The position numbers and the translations under genes are program-made. DNA of 62,349 nt, counting the filler, from Candidatus Woesearchaeota archaeon (GTDB lineage: Archaea > Nanobdellota > Nanobdellia > Woesearchaeales > DATGWN01): the NCBI GenBank assembly GCA_047603125.1. It is 5 parts of 5 records of this genome, joined end to end, with 100 filler letters (N's around TTAATTAATTAA, not from the genome) between each part and the next. Parts side by side here need not be neighbours in the genome. Positions count along the whole stretch, not along the records: positions 1 to 26,627 come from JBLKOU010000010.1; positions 26,728 to 53,037 come from JBLKOU010000011.1; 3 more parts are not named here. One strand, 5' to 3'. This document shows positions 19,631 to 28,596 of this stretch, piece by piece (the stretch's first letter is position 1; the number at the start of each line of letters is the position of its first letter). The notes beneath the pieces were generated by a model. The model was not told the origin of the DNA. It ran no database searches and saw only the letters and a program-made list of their open reading frames with translations.

Positions 19631-19834
19631 TCACTTCAAAAACAAATATCCAACAAAAAAGAACACAACTACAAAACCGGAAGAAAGGATAATCCAGTTG
19701 ATGGAAATTTCCGAGGGCATAGAAAAAAATGCAAAAAACGGTGAGAGTAAACCTCGCTCTGTTCGTAAAAATGGAACGACAAGTGCCACAATAGCAGTGG
19801 TTAAAAAACTGGTGATAATAATTTCTTTTTTCAT
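19631..19834 (-). CDS. Small two-TM membrane protein
   Basis: ATG overlaps the stop of the upstream gene (ATGA); two hydrophobic segments. Confidence 0.5.
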   Translation of the reverse strand: MKKEIIITSFLTTAIVALVVPFLRTERGLLSPFFAFFSMPSEISINWIILSSGFVVVFFFVGYLFLK

Positions 19835-20253
19835 GGAACACGCTTTAATTGCCAATCCAAAAGTGTCTGTTTTTCTTCTGGTTTGGGTTCTTCTTGAGTG
19901 ACTTCTGGTTTAGGTGCTATTGTTTCTTTTTTTGGCTCACTAAATACCAACGCACTTTTTATCTGACTTGCAATATCTTTTACTTGCGCAGGATCTCCTT
20001 GTTGTACTTCCCAATTAAATGAGAGCCCATCATTTTCTTTTCTTCCAACAATGTCAATTTGTGTGAGCGATTGAAGTAAAATATTTGTTCCTTGATAACC
20101 ACTATCAAAAAATAGTTTTGCAATCATATGTGCAAAATTCATTGCATGGGTGAAAGCAGCTTCTGACTCTTCTTTGATTGCAATTTGTATATGGGCATCA
20201 TTATATGCTTTTTTTGCAGCAGTAATAGTTATAATTTCATCTTCTAAAATCAT
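19831..20253 (-). CDS. Hypothetical protein
   Basis: Coupled to the HIT gene by an ATGA overlap, GGAGG upstream; may be a degenerate HIT-like fold. Confidence 0.65.
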   Translation of the reverse strand: MILEDEIITITAAKKAYNDAHIQIAIKEESEAAFTHAMNFAHMIAKLFFDSGYQGTNILLQSLTQIDIVGRKENDGLSFNWEVQQGDPAQVKDIASQIKSALVFSEPKKETIAPKPEVTQEEPKPEEKQTLLDWQLKRVP

Positions 20254-20873
20254 GAGTATGCCTCCTTAAGTTTTTTTGCAAGTGATTCTATATCAACGCC
20301 TTCAAAGAGTTGTTGTAAATGTTTATCTTCTTTTACCAGATTTGCAAATTTTTGTGGTTCATTCATGAGCGCATTTCGTAACTGCTCATTACTTTCTAAT
20401 AATTGCGCAAGCTGCTTTTTTGTATCGGGCGCAGGCTGTGCTGGCTTTTCAGGTGCTTTTTTCAAATATTGTTGACAAGTCGCCTGAATTTTTTGTATAA
20501 CTTGCGAGTTAGGCTCAATGGATTCAGTTGGTTCTGGGAATGCATGTTCGGGAAGTAAATGCATAACAGCGTGTGGCATTTGTTGGCCTGCTACCCCTCC
20601 CCCAGCAATGAGTCCTTTCACGGTATTTGTTACAACGACTTTTTGTTGTGCTTTTGAGAGCCAGAATATGACTCTTGAGAGCTCAGCAAGACACTCAGGT
20701 TTTGCTTGCTGCCAGACAATCATGTGCTCCTTTGGTAAAACCAGCATATGGCCTTTCGTATGTGGATTAATGTCGGCAATAACGAGTATATGCTCGCTTT
20801 CGTAGACCTTTTGGGAAGGTATTTCTCCATTGATAATTTTACAAAAAATACATTGTTGGGCAGGGTCGCTCAT
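20250..20873 (-). CDS. HIT family protein
   Basis: CIFCKII.GEIPS, DINP..GH.LVLPKEH, GQQMPHAVMH (triad altered). Confidence 0.88.
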   Translation of the reverse strand: MSDPAQQCIFCKIINGEIPSQKVYESEHILVIADINPHTKGHMLVLPKEHMIVWQQAKPECLAELSRVIFWLSKAQQKVVVTNTVKGLIAGGGVAGQQMPHAVMHLLPEHAFPEPTESIEPNSQVIQKIQATCQQYLKKAPEKPAQPAPDTKKQLAQLLESNEQLRNALMNEPQKFANLVKEDKHLQQLFEGVDIESLAKKLKEAYS

Positions 20874-20951
20874 GGTGCATATAAAAGAGGCTCTCTTTAA
20901 GTATCTTGTGGAAACATTTATATATTCTAAAGGGTCATTTGTGTACGGGGT

Positions 20952-21731
20952 ATGGTAAATAAACTAACATTTTTAGGAACTGCAGGAGATTATCTTGTTC
21001 TCTCAAAACAAACACGATATAGTGGAGGGATTGCAATTGAGTGTGATGATTTGTCATTGATATTGAATCCCGGTCCTGGAAGCCTTGTTTTAGCAAAGCA
21101 AATGGGAGTACAATTGCGGGATTTTGATGCCATTCTTGCAACGGATACGACATTTTTGCATAGTCATGATGTGGGTGCAGTCGCAAGTGCGCTTACTCAC
21201 GGTGGGTTAGATTCTCGCGGCGTTGTAGTCACATATAAAGAACCACCTCAGTTAAGCGAATCGTTGAAAAATAATTTGGAAAGACTCATCGTTTTACCCG
21301 ATCAAGGACATGTTGCATTAAATGATGTTGATATTCGATTAACTACAACGGGTAAACCACATTTGAGCGGGGTGTTTATTCGTGCACCAAAGTTTCATGT
21401 TTCATTTGTTGGAGATACGGCATTTTCAAAAAGTATTGCTAAGCAACATCAATCAACAGAAATTTTGCTTTTATCTGTAACAATTGTCGAGCCCGATGGA
21501 ATTTCTTGCTCGGTTGATGATGCAATTTCATATATCCAAGCAATTAAACCAAAGGTTGCTGTTCTTTGTGAATATGGACAAAAAGTTCTCAATCAAGATT
21601 TATTAGAGCTTGTTCGTTTCATACAAAAGGAAACAAAGGTTCATACCATTGCTGCAAAAGATGGTCTCGTACTTAATCCCGTTGAACACGCTGCAACAGT
21701 ACGTCAGCAAAAATTGCATCTTGGTGAATAA
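20952..21731 (+). CDS. Metallo-beta-lactamase fold protein (degenerate metal motif)
   Basis: LTFLGTAG, NPGPG, FVGDT; the HxHxDH region reads TDTTFLHSHD. Confidence 0.75.
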   Translation: MVNKLTFLGTAGDYLVLSKQTRYSGGIAIECDDLSLILNPGPGSLVLAKQMGVQLRDFDAILATDTTFLHSHDVGAVASALTHGGLDSRGVVVTYKEPPQLSESLKNNLERLIVLPDQGHVALNDVDIRLTTTGKPHLSGVFIRAPKFHVSFVGDTAFSKSIAKQHQSTEILLLSVTIVEPDGISCSVDDAISYIQAIKPKVAVLCEYGQKVLNQDLLELVRFIQKETKVHTIAAKDGLVLNPVEHAATVRQQKLHLGE

Positions 21732-21734
21732 TAA

Positions 21735-22661
21735 ATGAATCAATTAGAAGAGTACATTTTACAAAATCTCTCTCGCGGATATGATGCGAGGATGATTTCT
21801 CAGACATTACTCTCTTCAGGATATACACAGGATCAAATTAATCAGGCATTTCAGACCGTTTATCAGATGCAAAATCAAGGGTTTGCTGATCAGTCAGGCG
21901 GTGGGACACAAAAAAAACCCGTTTCATTACTACTTGTTGTTATTGTAATAGTAGCAATACTGTTTGTTGCAACACTGGCTTCTCTTATTTTATTCTCGTC
22001 ATCAAATGGTGATCAGCCTCCGCGAGGAGATGATAGACCTATTATCGATCCTCGGCCAAGCGAGCCGACAACATCCCCTTCACAACCAAATCAAAGGCAA
22101 CCTGATCCGGGTAATGATTCTAATTCGCAACCAAGTCAACCGACACCGCCCGAACAACCTTCGACCCCAACAACTCCACCATCGCAACCAGCAGATACAA
22201 CGAATTTACGAACAAGCTCCGAAATACTCGCTGCAGTTCAAGACATTGTTCAATTTGACCCTGATGAAGCGGCAAAACTCTGCGTGCGTATAAATATTGC
22301 AAGAACGCGATCGCAATGTGTCACTGATGTTGCAATAGAGGCAGAAGATCATCGCTATTGTGATGTAATAACGCATGTCCCTGATAGGGATGATTGTTAT
22401 CTTCAATTTGTGATTCAAGGAAAAGCAACAGACCAAACATGCGCAAATATAGTGGATGCGTCAAAACAAGCTCGTTGTGAGCAAGTTTATACTGCCTATA
22501 GGAGAATTTCCGAATTTCGATTACCTGAAACTCCTCAACCACCTGAAAATGATTCGACATCGCCCTCTTATGACTCTCAAGAATTTAGTTTCTCCAATGA
22601 TTCACAAGCACAGGATGAACAACCTGTGAATCAAACACGAACAAGTGAAGGTACAGAGTAA
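21735..22661 (+). CDS. Single-pass membrane protein with P/S/Q/T-rich linker and Cys-repeat ectodomain
   Basis: N-terminal helical motif, TM helix, low-complexity stalk, C-x2-I-x5-(R/Q)-x2-C repeats. Confidence 0.75.
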   Translation: MNQLEEYILQNLSRGYDARMISQTLLSSGYTQDQINQAFQTVYQMQNQGFADQSGGGTQKKPVSLLLVVIVIVAILFVATLASLILFSSSNGDQPPRGDDRPIIDPRPSEPTTSPSQPNQRQPDPGNDSNSQPSQPTPPEQPSTPTTPPSQPADTTNLRTSSEILAAVQDIVQFDPDEAAKLCVRINIARTRSQCVTDVAIEAEDHRYCDVITHVPDRDDCYLQFVIQGKATDQTCANIVDASKQARCEQVYTAYRRISEFRLPETPQPPENDSTSPSYDSQEFSFSNDSQAQDEQPVNQTRTSEGTE

Positions 22662-23192
22662 ATGTTTATTCGAATAAAAAAAGTTTCTGGAAAGACATAT
22701 GCCTATCTGGTGCAAAATGTTTGGACAAGTGCGGGTACAAGACAAAAAGCAAAGGGGTATTTAGGAAGAGTCTATGTTTGCAATCCGGTTCTTATAGATG
22801 CAGTTGATTTTTCTTGTTTACAACCAGATAAGAATAGACAGAAACAAGCAATCGAACTTGTCATTGAAATATTTTTGGAAAAATTAGGATTTGTTAAAGA
22901 GAAAGCTTCATGGAAATTATCAATAGAAAAGAAAATAATAACTTATTCTGGAAAAAAATTATTTTGTGCAAAAAAACCTGTTGTATTACAAGTCGGTGAA
23001 GGATATTTTTGCACCTATACTATTCAAAAATTATTTTCGCTTTCTTCTGATCTAGAAAAAATAGAGCAATCACGCCAGAGAGCAAAATTGTTAGCCCTGC
23101 GTTTTGTTAATGCGGGAATTCAGCTTGATGCTCCCGTTTTTATACAATTGTATAAATTTATTTCTCAAAATGATTCTGGAGACGAGCAGTGA
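22662..23192 (+). CDS. Hypothetical basic protein
   Basis: MFIRIKKVSGKTYAYLV...RQK..GYLGR N-terminus resembles DUF4277/IS1634 N-terminal nucleic-acid-binding segments; no DDE domain. Confidence 0.65.
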   Translation: MFIRIKKVSGKTYAYLVQNVWTSAGTRQKAKGYLGRVYVCNPVLIDAVDFSCLQPDKNRQKQAIELVIEIFLEKLGFVKEKASWKLSIEKKIITYSGKKLFCAKKPVVLQVGEGYFCTYTIQKLFSLSSDLEKIEQSRQRAKLLALRFVNAGIQLDAPVFIQLYKFISQNDSGDEQ

Positions 23193-23210
23193 GTTTGCTA
23201 GCTAATAAAC

Positions 23211-23306
23211 ATAGTAATGCCTTGGCGCAAAATCAGAATTTCGCGAAGCTTTGCACCTGAGAAATTCGCAAAATGAACAGCTGTTTTGGATGCGCCGCAT
23301 TACTAT
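23211..23306 (-). repeat. Structured element family B copy
   Basis: Perfect 10-bp IR ATAGTAATGC/GCATTACTAT; the minus strand reads GGCG...AACAGCTGTTCATTTTGCGAA...GGTGCA...TTCTGATTTTGCGCC-AAG-GCATTAC. Confidence 0.8.
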
Positions 23307-23367
23307 ATACTTAAGCTATGAAATAAGTATCAATCACCTTTAAAAATAACCACATCTCACCATTTGT

Positions 23368-25434
23368 ATGGCAAAACAAAAAATATTGATAACGAGTGCA
23401 CTTCCTTATGTAAATAATGTGCCACATTTAGGTAATCTTATTTGTATTATTAGCGCTGATGTGTATGCGCGCTTTGAGCGATTACGTGAGAATGAGGTTC
23501 TATCGGTATTAGGAACGGATGAACATGGAACGACAACAGAAACAAAAGCCATTGAAGAAGGTGTGACTCCTCAAGAAATTTGTGATACGTATTTTGCTAT
23601 TCATAAAGATGTTTACGATTGGTTTAACACCGATTTTGATTGTTTAGGAAGAACGTCTTCTCCAATTAATAAAGAAATTACAATAGACATTTTTACAAAA
23701 TTGCAAAAAAACGGGTATATTTTCAAAAAGGAAATTACGCAGTTTTTTGATGAAAAAAAACAGACATTTCTTGCAGATCGTTTTATCAAAGGAATTTGTC
23801 CATATTGTGGTTTTGAAGATGCGCGTGGTGATCAGTGTGATTCGTGTGGTAAACTTCTTGATCCTGATCAACTCAAAAATCCCGTCTCATTATTGTCCGG
23901 GGAAAAACCAGTGGAAAAACAAACAGAGCATCTATACATTGATTTGCCTAAACTCAAACCGCAATTAGAGGCATTTATCAATAAAAACAAAAAAAGTTGG
24001 AGTGAAAATGCAGTTTCAATAACAGACCATTGGTTAAAAGATTTACAACCTCGGGCAATTACGCGCGACCTCAAATGGGGGATACCTGTTCCGGGTTTTG
24101 AGAAAAAAGTGTTTTATTCTTGGTTTGATGCGCCAATTGGCTATATTGGAATTACCGCACAACATAAAAACGATTGGAAATCGTGGTGGCAAAATGATGC
24201 TGTCAAGTTGGTGCAATTTATGGGAAAAGATAATACGCAATTTCATACGGTTTTATTTCCGGCATTTTTATTGGGGACAAAAGATCCGTATACTTTGGTA
24301 AATTCCCTTTCTGTGAATGAATATCTCAATTATGCGGATGGAAAATTCTCAAAATCACGAAAAACAGGTGTGTTTGGAGATTCAGCAAAGGAAACTGGAA
24401 TTGTCGCAGATGCCTACAGGTATTACTTAACTGCCATTCGCCCAGAACAAGAAGACACTGTTTTTGATTGGGTTGATTTTGCACAAAAAGTCAATAAAGA
24501 ACTCATTGATAATTTTTGTAATTTAGTGAATCGTGCCGTATCTTTTACCAAAAGAAATTTTGAGGGACGTTTGACAACAACAGAAGCATTTGATATTGAT
24601 TATAAAAAAATCGAAATGCTTTATCAAACGCATAACCAAAAACAAGCTCTGAAAGAAATCATTCATTATTCAAAACAATTAAATCATTATTTTCAAGAAA
24701 ATGAGCCGTGGAAACGTATCAAAACAGATGCGAACAAAGCGCATGTTGTTCTCTCAACAGTTTTGAATCGCATTTATGATTTGACGGTGATGATAAGTCC
24801 AATTGTACCAAAATTAGCACAAGAAATATTTGCACAATTACAAATAACGCAAGTTTCATGGACTAATTTAGGAACTGATATGCTCAAGCCAAGTCATACT
24901 GTTGGTGTGGCTTCACCCTTATTAGAAAAAGTCAGCGATGAGCGAGTATTAGAGTTAAAAGAACAATTCTCTGGTAAAAAAACATTTGCACTTGATTTAC
25001 GCGTGGCAAAAGTCGAGTCTGTGAAAAAACATCCGAACGCAGATAAATTATATGTAATTACAGTCGTTGTTGGTGATCATCAAAGACAAATTGTTTCTGG
25101 TCTGGTGGATTATTATTCAATAGATGAGCTTGTTGGAAAATCAATCGTTTTGGTTGCAAATTTAGAACCTGCAACAATTCGTGGAGTGAAAAGTCAAGGG
25201 ATGTTGCTTGCTGGTGAATATAAAGATGTTGTTAAAGTTTTAGAATGTGAACAAAAGTCAGGAACACAAGTGTTGCCACTGGGGTATATTAGCTCGAGTA
25301 AGATATTGCCATTTTCAGAATTTAAAAAAATCAAGATTGCATTGGAAGATAATCGAGCAAAATTCAACGGAAAACTCCTTTTGGCAAAAGAAAAGGAAGT
25401 GACTTGCGAGTTGGCACAGGGTCGAGTGAGCTAA
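23368..25434 (+). CDS. metG: Methionyl-tRNA synthetase with C-terminal tRNA-binding (Trbp111) domain
   Basis: SALPYVNNVPHLGN, DEHG, zinc knuckle CPYC..GDQCDSC, KFSKS, C-terminal HPNADKLY...SQGMLL. Confidence 0.97.
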   Translation: MAKQKILITSALPYVNNVPHLGNLICIISADVYARFERLRENEVLSVLGTDEHGTTTETKAIEEGVTPQEICDTYFAIHKDVYDWFNTDFDCLGRTSSPINKEITIDIFTKLQKNGYIFKKEITQFFDEKKQTFLADRFIKGICPYCGFEDARGDQCDSCGKLLDPDQLKNPVSLLSGEKPVEKQTEHLYIDLPKLKPQLEAFINKNKKSWSENAVSITDHWLKDLQPRAITRDLKWGIPVPGFEKKVFYSWFDAPIGYIGITAQHKNDWKSWWQNDAVKLVQFMGKDNTQFHTVLFPAFLLGTKDPYTLVNSLSVNEYLNYADGKFSKSRKTGVFGDSAKETGIVADAYRYYLTAIRPEQEDTVFDWVDFAQKVNKELIDNFCNLVNRAVSFTKRNFEGRLTTTEAFDIDYKKIEMLYQTHNQKQALKEIIHYSKQLNHYFQENEPWKRIKTDANKAHVVLSTVLNRIYDLTVMISPIVPKLAQEIFAQLQITQVSWTNLGTDMLKPSHTVGVASPLLEKVSDERVLELKEQFSGKKTFALDLRVAKVESVKKHPNADKLYVITVVVGDHQRQIVSGLVDYYSIDELVGKSIVLVANLEPATIRGVKSQGMLLAGEYKDVVKVLECEQKSGTQVLPLGYISSSKILPFSEFKKIKIALEDNRAKFNGKLLLAKEKEVTCELAQGRVS

Positions 25435-25454
25435 GAGTGATTTTGGACATGGTT

Positions 25455-25507
25455 ATTGAGAGTTTCGCGTGTATAATACTCCGGACTTTAGTCCGCAAAC
25501 TCTCAAT
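25455..25507. repeat. Inverted-repeat element with CGGACTTTAGTCCG hairpin
   Basis: 11-bp IR ATTGAGAGTTT/AAACTCTCAAT around a hairpin with the same CTTTAG centre as the adjacent family A hairpin. Confidence 0.6.
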
Positions 25508-25508
25508 T

Positions 25509-25637
25509 CAAAAGTTCGCGATTAGGTGAGAAGCGTAATACCCCGTCCCTTTAGGGCGGGGATACCTAGAAAACGTCCTAGTTTTCTGGATTTGAAAAAC
25601 TTGTGTTTTTCAATTAGCTTCGAGCAGCGAACTTTTG
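25509..25637 (+). repeat. Structured element family A, copy 2 (IS200/IS605-type hairpin CCCCGTCCCTTTAGGGCGGGG)
   Basis: 11-bp closing IR CAAAAGTTCGC/GCGAACTTTTG around three hairpins (25541-25561, about 25566-25589, about 25592-25613). Confidence 0.8.
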
Positions 25638-25657
25638 TTATTGGTAACTAATCTTTC

Positions 25658-25810
25658 GGTTTCATCCAATAATTGTTTTTTTAAAGAAGAGCACGCAGAT
25701 TTGGCTCAAGAGTCCCGCTTTGAGAATCACACAAAATTTGGCTGCAAGAATCACCAAATTTTCTGACTTTACTGCAAGGTGCTCTTCTTTATTCTTCTTT
25801 GGATGGAGTT
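25658..25810 (+). repeat. Structured element family B, long subtype
   Basis: Outer stem TTTCATCCAA/TTGGATGGAG, 12-bp stem AAAGAAGAGCAC/GTGCTCTTCTTT, GCAG/CTGC helix, AAG bulge; closely matches the reverse complements of 59077-59275 and 52970-53037. Confidence 0.85.
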
Positions 25811-25855
25811 TAATCTTTCGAAATATTTAAAAGACATGAGTGTCTACACTTGGAT

Positions 25856-26425
25856 ATGAGTTGGAAACAAACTTTTTCTGGGGAAGATTTTCTTTGCTAC
25901 GAGAACAGTAATCAGTCTGTAAATATGCGAATCGAGTCTCGAAAGACTGAGGATGGTTGGCTTATTTGTAAATCCTATATGAGTGATAATGGGCTTAATC
26001 ATACTGATGAGTATATGGTTGCAACTGCTGATAAGATGCACCAAGTTGTGACGCTGCTCAAAGATGAAAAAACGCCGTCGCCAACACAGATTAAAAAATA
26101 TATTCTTGAAAAGAGTAAAAAAGTAAGTGTAAAACTTGAACGAGAATTTAAAGAGTACAATGTTGAAAAATGGAATTTTTATGTGAATTCTCACTCAGTT
26201 CCAAACTTTGCAATTGTTCGTTGTTATGAAGATGTCACGATTGATTTGGTTCTTCACGAACGATATAAGCCGCAAGAGCAAGCAATCTTTAAAGAAATTA
26301 CACATATGCTTGGCTTAGAAGATTTTGAAGATATGCTCACGATTAATTGCTATTATTTTACAAAAACACAATCACGAACAATTCCTTCAAAAGATGCTGA
26401 TGAGATAAAATTAGAGTTTTTGTAG
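25856..26425 (+). CDS. Hypothetical protein
   Basis: 190-aa ORF with TATTTAAA about 25 nt upstream. Confidence 0.65.
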   Translation: MSWKQTFSGEDFLCYENSNQSVNMRIESRKTEDGWLICKSYMSDNGLNHTDEYMVATADKMHQVVTLLKDEKTPSPTQIKKYILEKSKKVSVKLEREFKEYNVEKWNFYVNSHSVPNFAIVRCYEDVTIDLVLHERYKPQEQAIFKEITHMLGLEDFEDMLTINCYYFTKTQSRTIPSKDADEIKLEFL

Positions 26426-26460
26426 GGAACATTTTTAAATTACTGCAATTTTATAATTAT

Positions 26461-26627
26461 ATGCACAAAAAGGGGCAAACGGCTACGGAGTATCTAGTGA
26501 TTACTGCAGTAGTTATCATTATTGCTGTGATCGTTATTAGTTCTTTAGGTGGTATTCCTAGTATTGGTGGGGGTGTTTCTGAGCAGGCTGCGCGTGCTGA
26601 GCTAGCATCGATGGATATTGGTGTTAC
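26461..26627 (+). CDS. Class III signal peptide protein (pilin/archaellin-like N-terminus), 3' truncated by contig end
   Basis: KKG|QTATEYL followed by a hydrophobic stretch. Confidence 0.8.
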
Positions 26628-26727
26628 NNNNNNNNNNNNNNNNNNNNNNNNNNNNNNNNNNNNNNNNNNNNTTAATTAATTAANNNNNNNNNNNNNNNNN
26701 NNNNNNNNNNNNNNNNNNNNNNNNNNN
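26628..26727. other. Artificial contig linker
   Basis: N44-TTAATTAATTAA-N44, identical at four places in the window. Confidence 0.98.
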
Positions 26728-28496
26728 TTATTGCCTTGATGCTCTACGGTAAAAAAATAATTATTATATTGCCAGTCTGAAGTTATATTTTCAAACGAGA
26801 ACTGCACATTTTCCACACCTTGTGCAATTGATATATTAACAGAGTAATTTTTGTCGATAGAACGGTAGGATGAGATGTTGTTTTTTATTAAATTTATATT
26901 TTTATCAATATTATCAACTGCTAATAAATCCAAACTATTTGATTTAAAAAAATCAATGTAATGAAACTCTAAATAAGGTATTAGATAATTAAAGTATATA
27001 GTATCTTTATAAAAAATACTTAAAGGTCGAATAGTTAAATTCCGATAAGTTTTCAAAAATTGATTATTATTTTCATTTAATATATCAATACCTAAAGCAT
27101 TGTAATTAGTATTAACATTTCCCGGATCAAAATGCTTTATTAGATTTAAATTAGTTGAATTAAGATTGTAGAAATTGTATTTTCTATTAGCGTTATTGAG
27201 TATCCCAAACTCCCAATTCCCATCCGAAGTAATATCTGTAAAAAACATTTGTGCTGGTTGAAAACCTAGCGAAAAAACAGAATAATTCATCTCACTAAAA
27301 TTATATGTTAAATTATCTCGAGTAAATAATCTCAAAAGATTTTGACTTACATCCGCACAAAAAAAGTCTTCAAAACCATTTTTATTATAATCGAACACGA
27401 GTGGAAAATTACACCTTTCATTACTTCCTAAAGGAATAGCTTGATTTATTTCATTCTCTTTTAATCCATCTTCAAACAAAAAGTATTCCCAATTATCTAG
27501 TACGCCTCTCACAACAATAATATCTTTTAAAAAATTATTATTCATACTAAAAACACCAGCATACGCAATATTACTAGAATCATTCATCAAACTCTCCCTT
27601 TCAAACCCCCATGACACACCGTTCAAATTAGAAGCAGTCAACACATCCACAAAATCACTAGAATACACAATCATATCCCCAAGACCATCCCAATTCAAGT
27701 CAGTCACAAAAAAATCAACATCAGCATACGACAAACCATGCTCAGAGCTATTCCACACAACAGTAGAACCCGAATAAATCAACATCCCAAACGAACCCAC
27801 AACAATTATTTCATCATTCCCATCCAAATTAAAGTCAAATGAACCCAACTTAAACCCAGAAGACGAAGTTAAATTTTCAAAAGGATGCGAACTTACAAGT
27901 GACAACTGAGGTTCATACGCCTTTACGTCACTAAAAGAGAGATTAAATATAGTATTCGAACCAGAATCAAAAGAGCAATTCACTAGGAACCACTCATCTG
28001 ATGTAAATGTACGATTAAAAGATCCAAGACCATTATTTAGCAAAAGCTCTTTTTGTTCATATGAGCAAGAAGTACCTAAAACATACGAGTCAAAACTTTC
28101 ATCAAAACGACGGGGTTCATTTCTTCGAGTGACATTTATAAAAATGGTATTTGGCAGACTTACCATAAGTCCAAATTCTGTTTGATATGTGAGAAGTGAA
28201 TCTTGTAAACTTATCGTTTGAGTATAGTCTCCATCGCACACTACGGCATCATCAGTAGTGATGGTGACAACTCCCCAATATCGGTCATCTGTCGTGTTAA
28301 ACTGTACTGAATCGTAAAAACAGCTAGGATCGGTGGTGATTTGATCATTGTCTCGTACTTGAAATGAAATATTAACAACATCCCCTGGAAGAAGAAAATC
28401 ATCGCCGCTATTCGCATCAGAATTATGAAAAGTGAGACTATATACGCTTGTTGAAAACAAAAGTAGAGTAAATGCAAGTAATAACCCCTTTTTCAT
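26728..28496 (-). CDS. FG-GAP/VCBS repeat surface protein (3' truncated by contig end)
   Basis: Signal peptide MKKGLLLAF...; DFNLDGNDEII, DLNWDGLGDMI, DYNKNGFEDFF, DITSDGNWEF repeats. Confidence 0.8.
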
Positions 28497-28518
28497 ACCA
28501 AATATACAGGAATAAGTA

Positions 28519-28574
28519 TTTATAAACGTAACTATACTGACTACAAATAACAAGAAAACCCTCATATTTATAAA
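28519..28574. promoter_or_regulatory. Divergent promoter pair (two TTTATAAA boxes)
   Basis: TTTATAAA at 28519-28526 and 28567-28574, each about 22 nt from the divergent ATGs at 28496 and 28597. Confidence 0.6.
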
Positions 28575-28596
28575 TAAAAACATATCAAAAATGGAC

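Noticed and set aside
22662..23192. IS1634-like transposase next to a family B element
   Set aside because: Only the N-terminal segment is similar; no DDE domain, TIRs or frameshifted continuation are visible.
26628..26727. TTAATTAATTAA palindrome within N runs (four times)
   Set aside because: Identical artificial spacer with stops in all frames used to concatenate contigs; not biological.
26461..28496. Pilin-like gene apparently next to the FG-GAP locus
   Set aside because: They are on different contigs separated by a linker, so the adjacency is not evidence.
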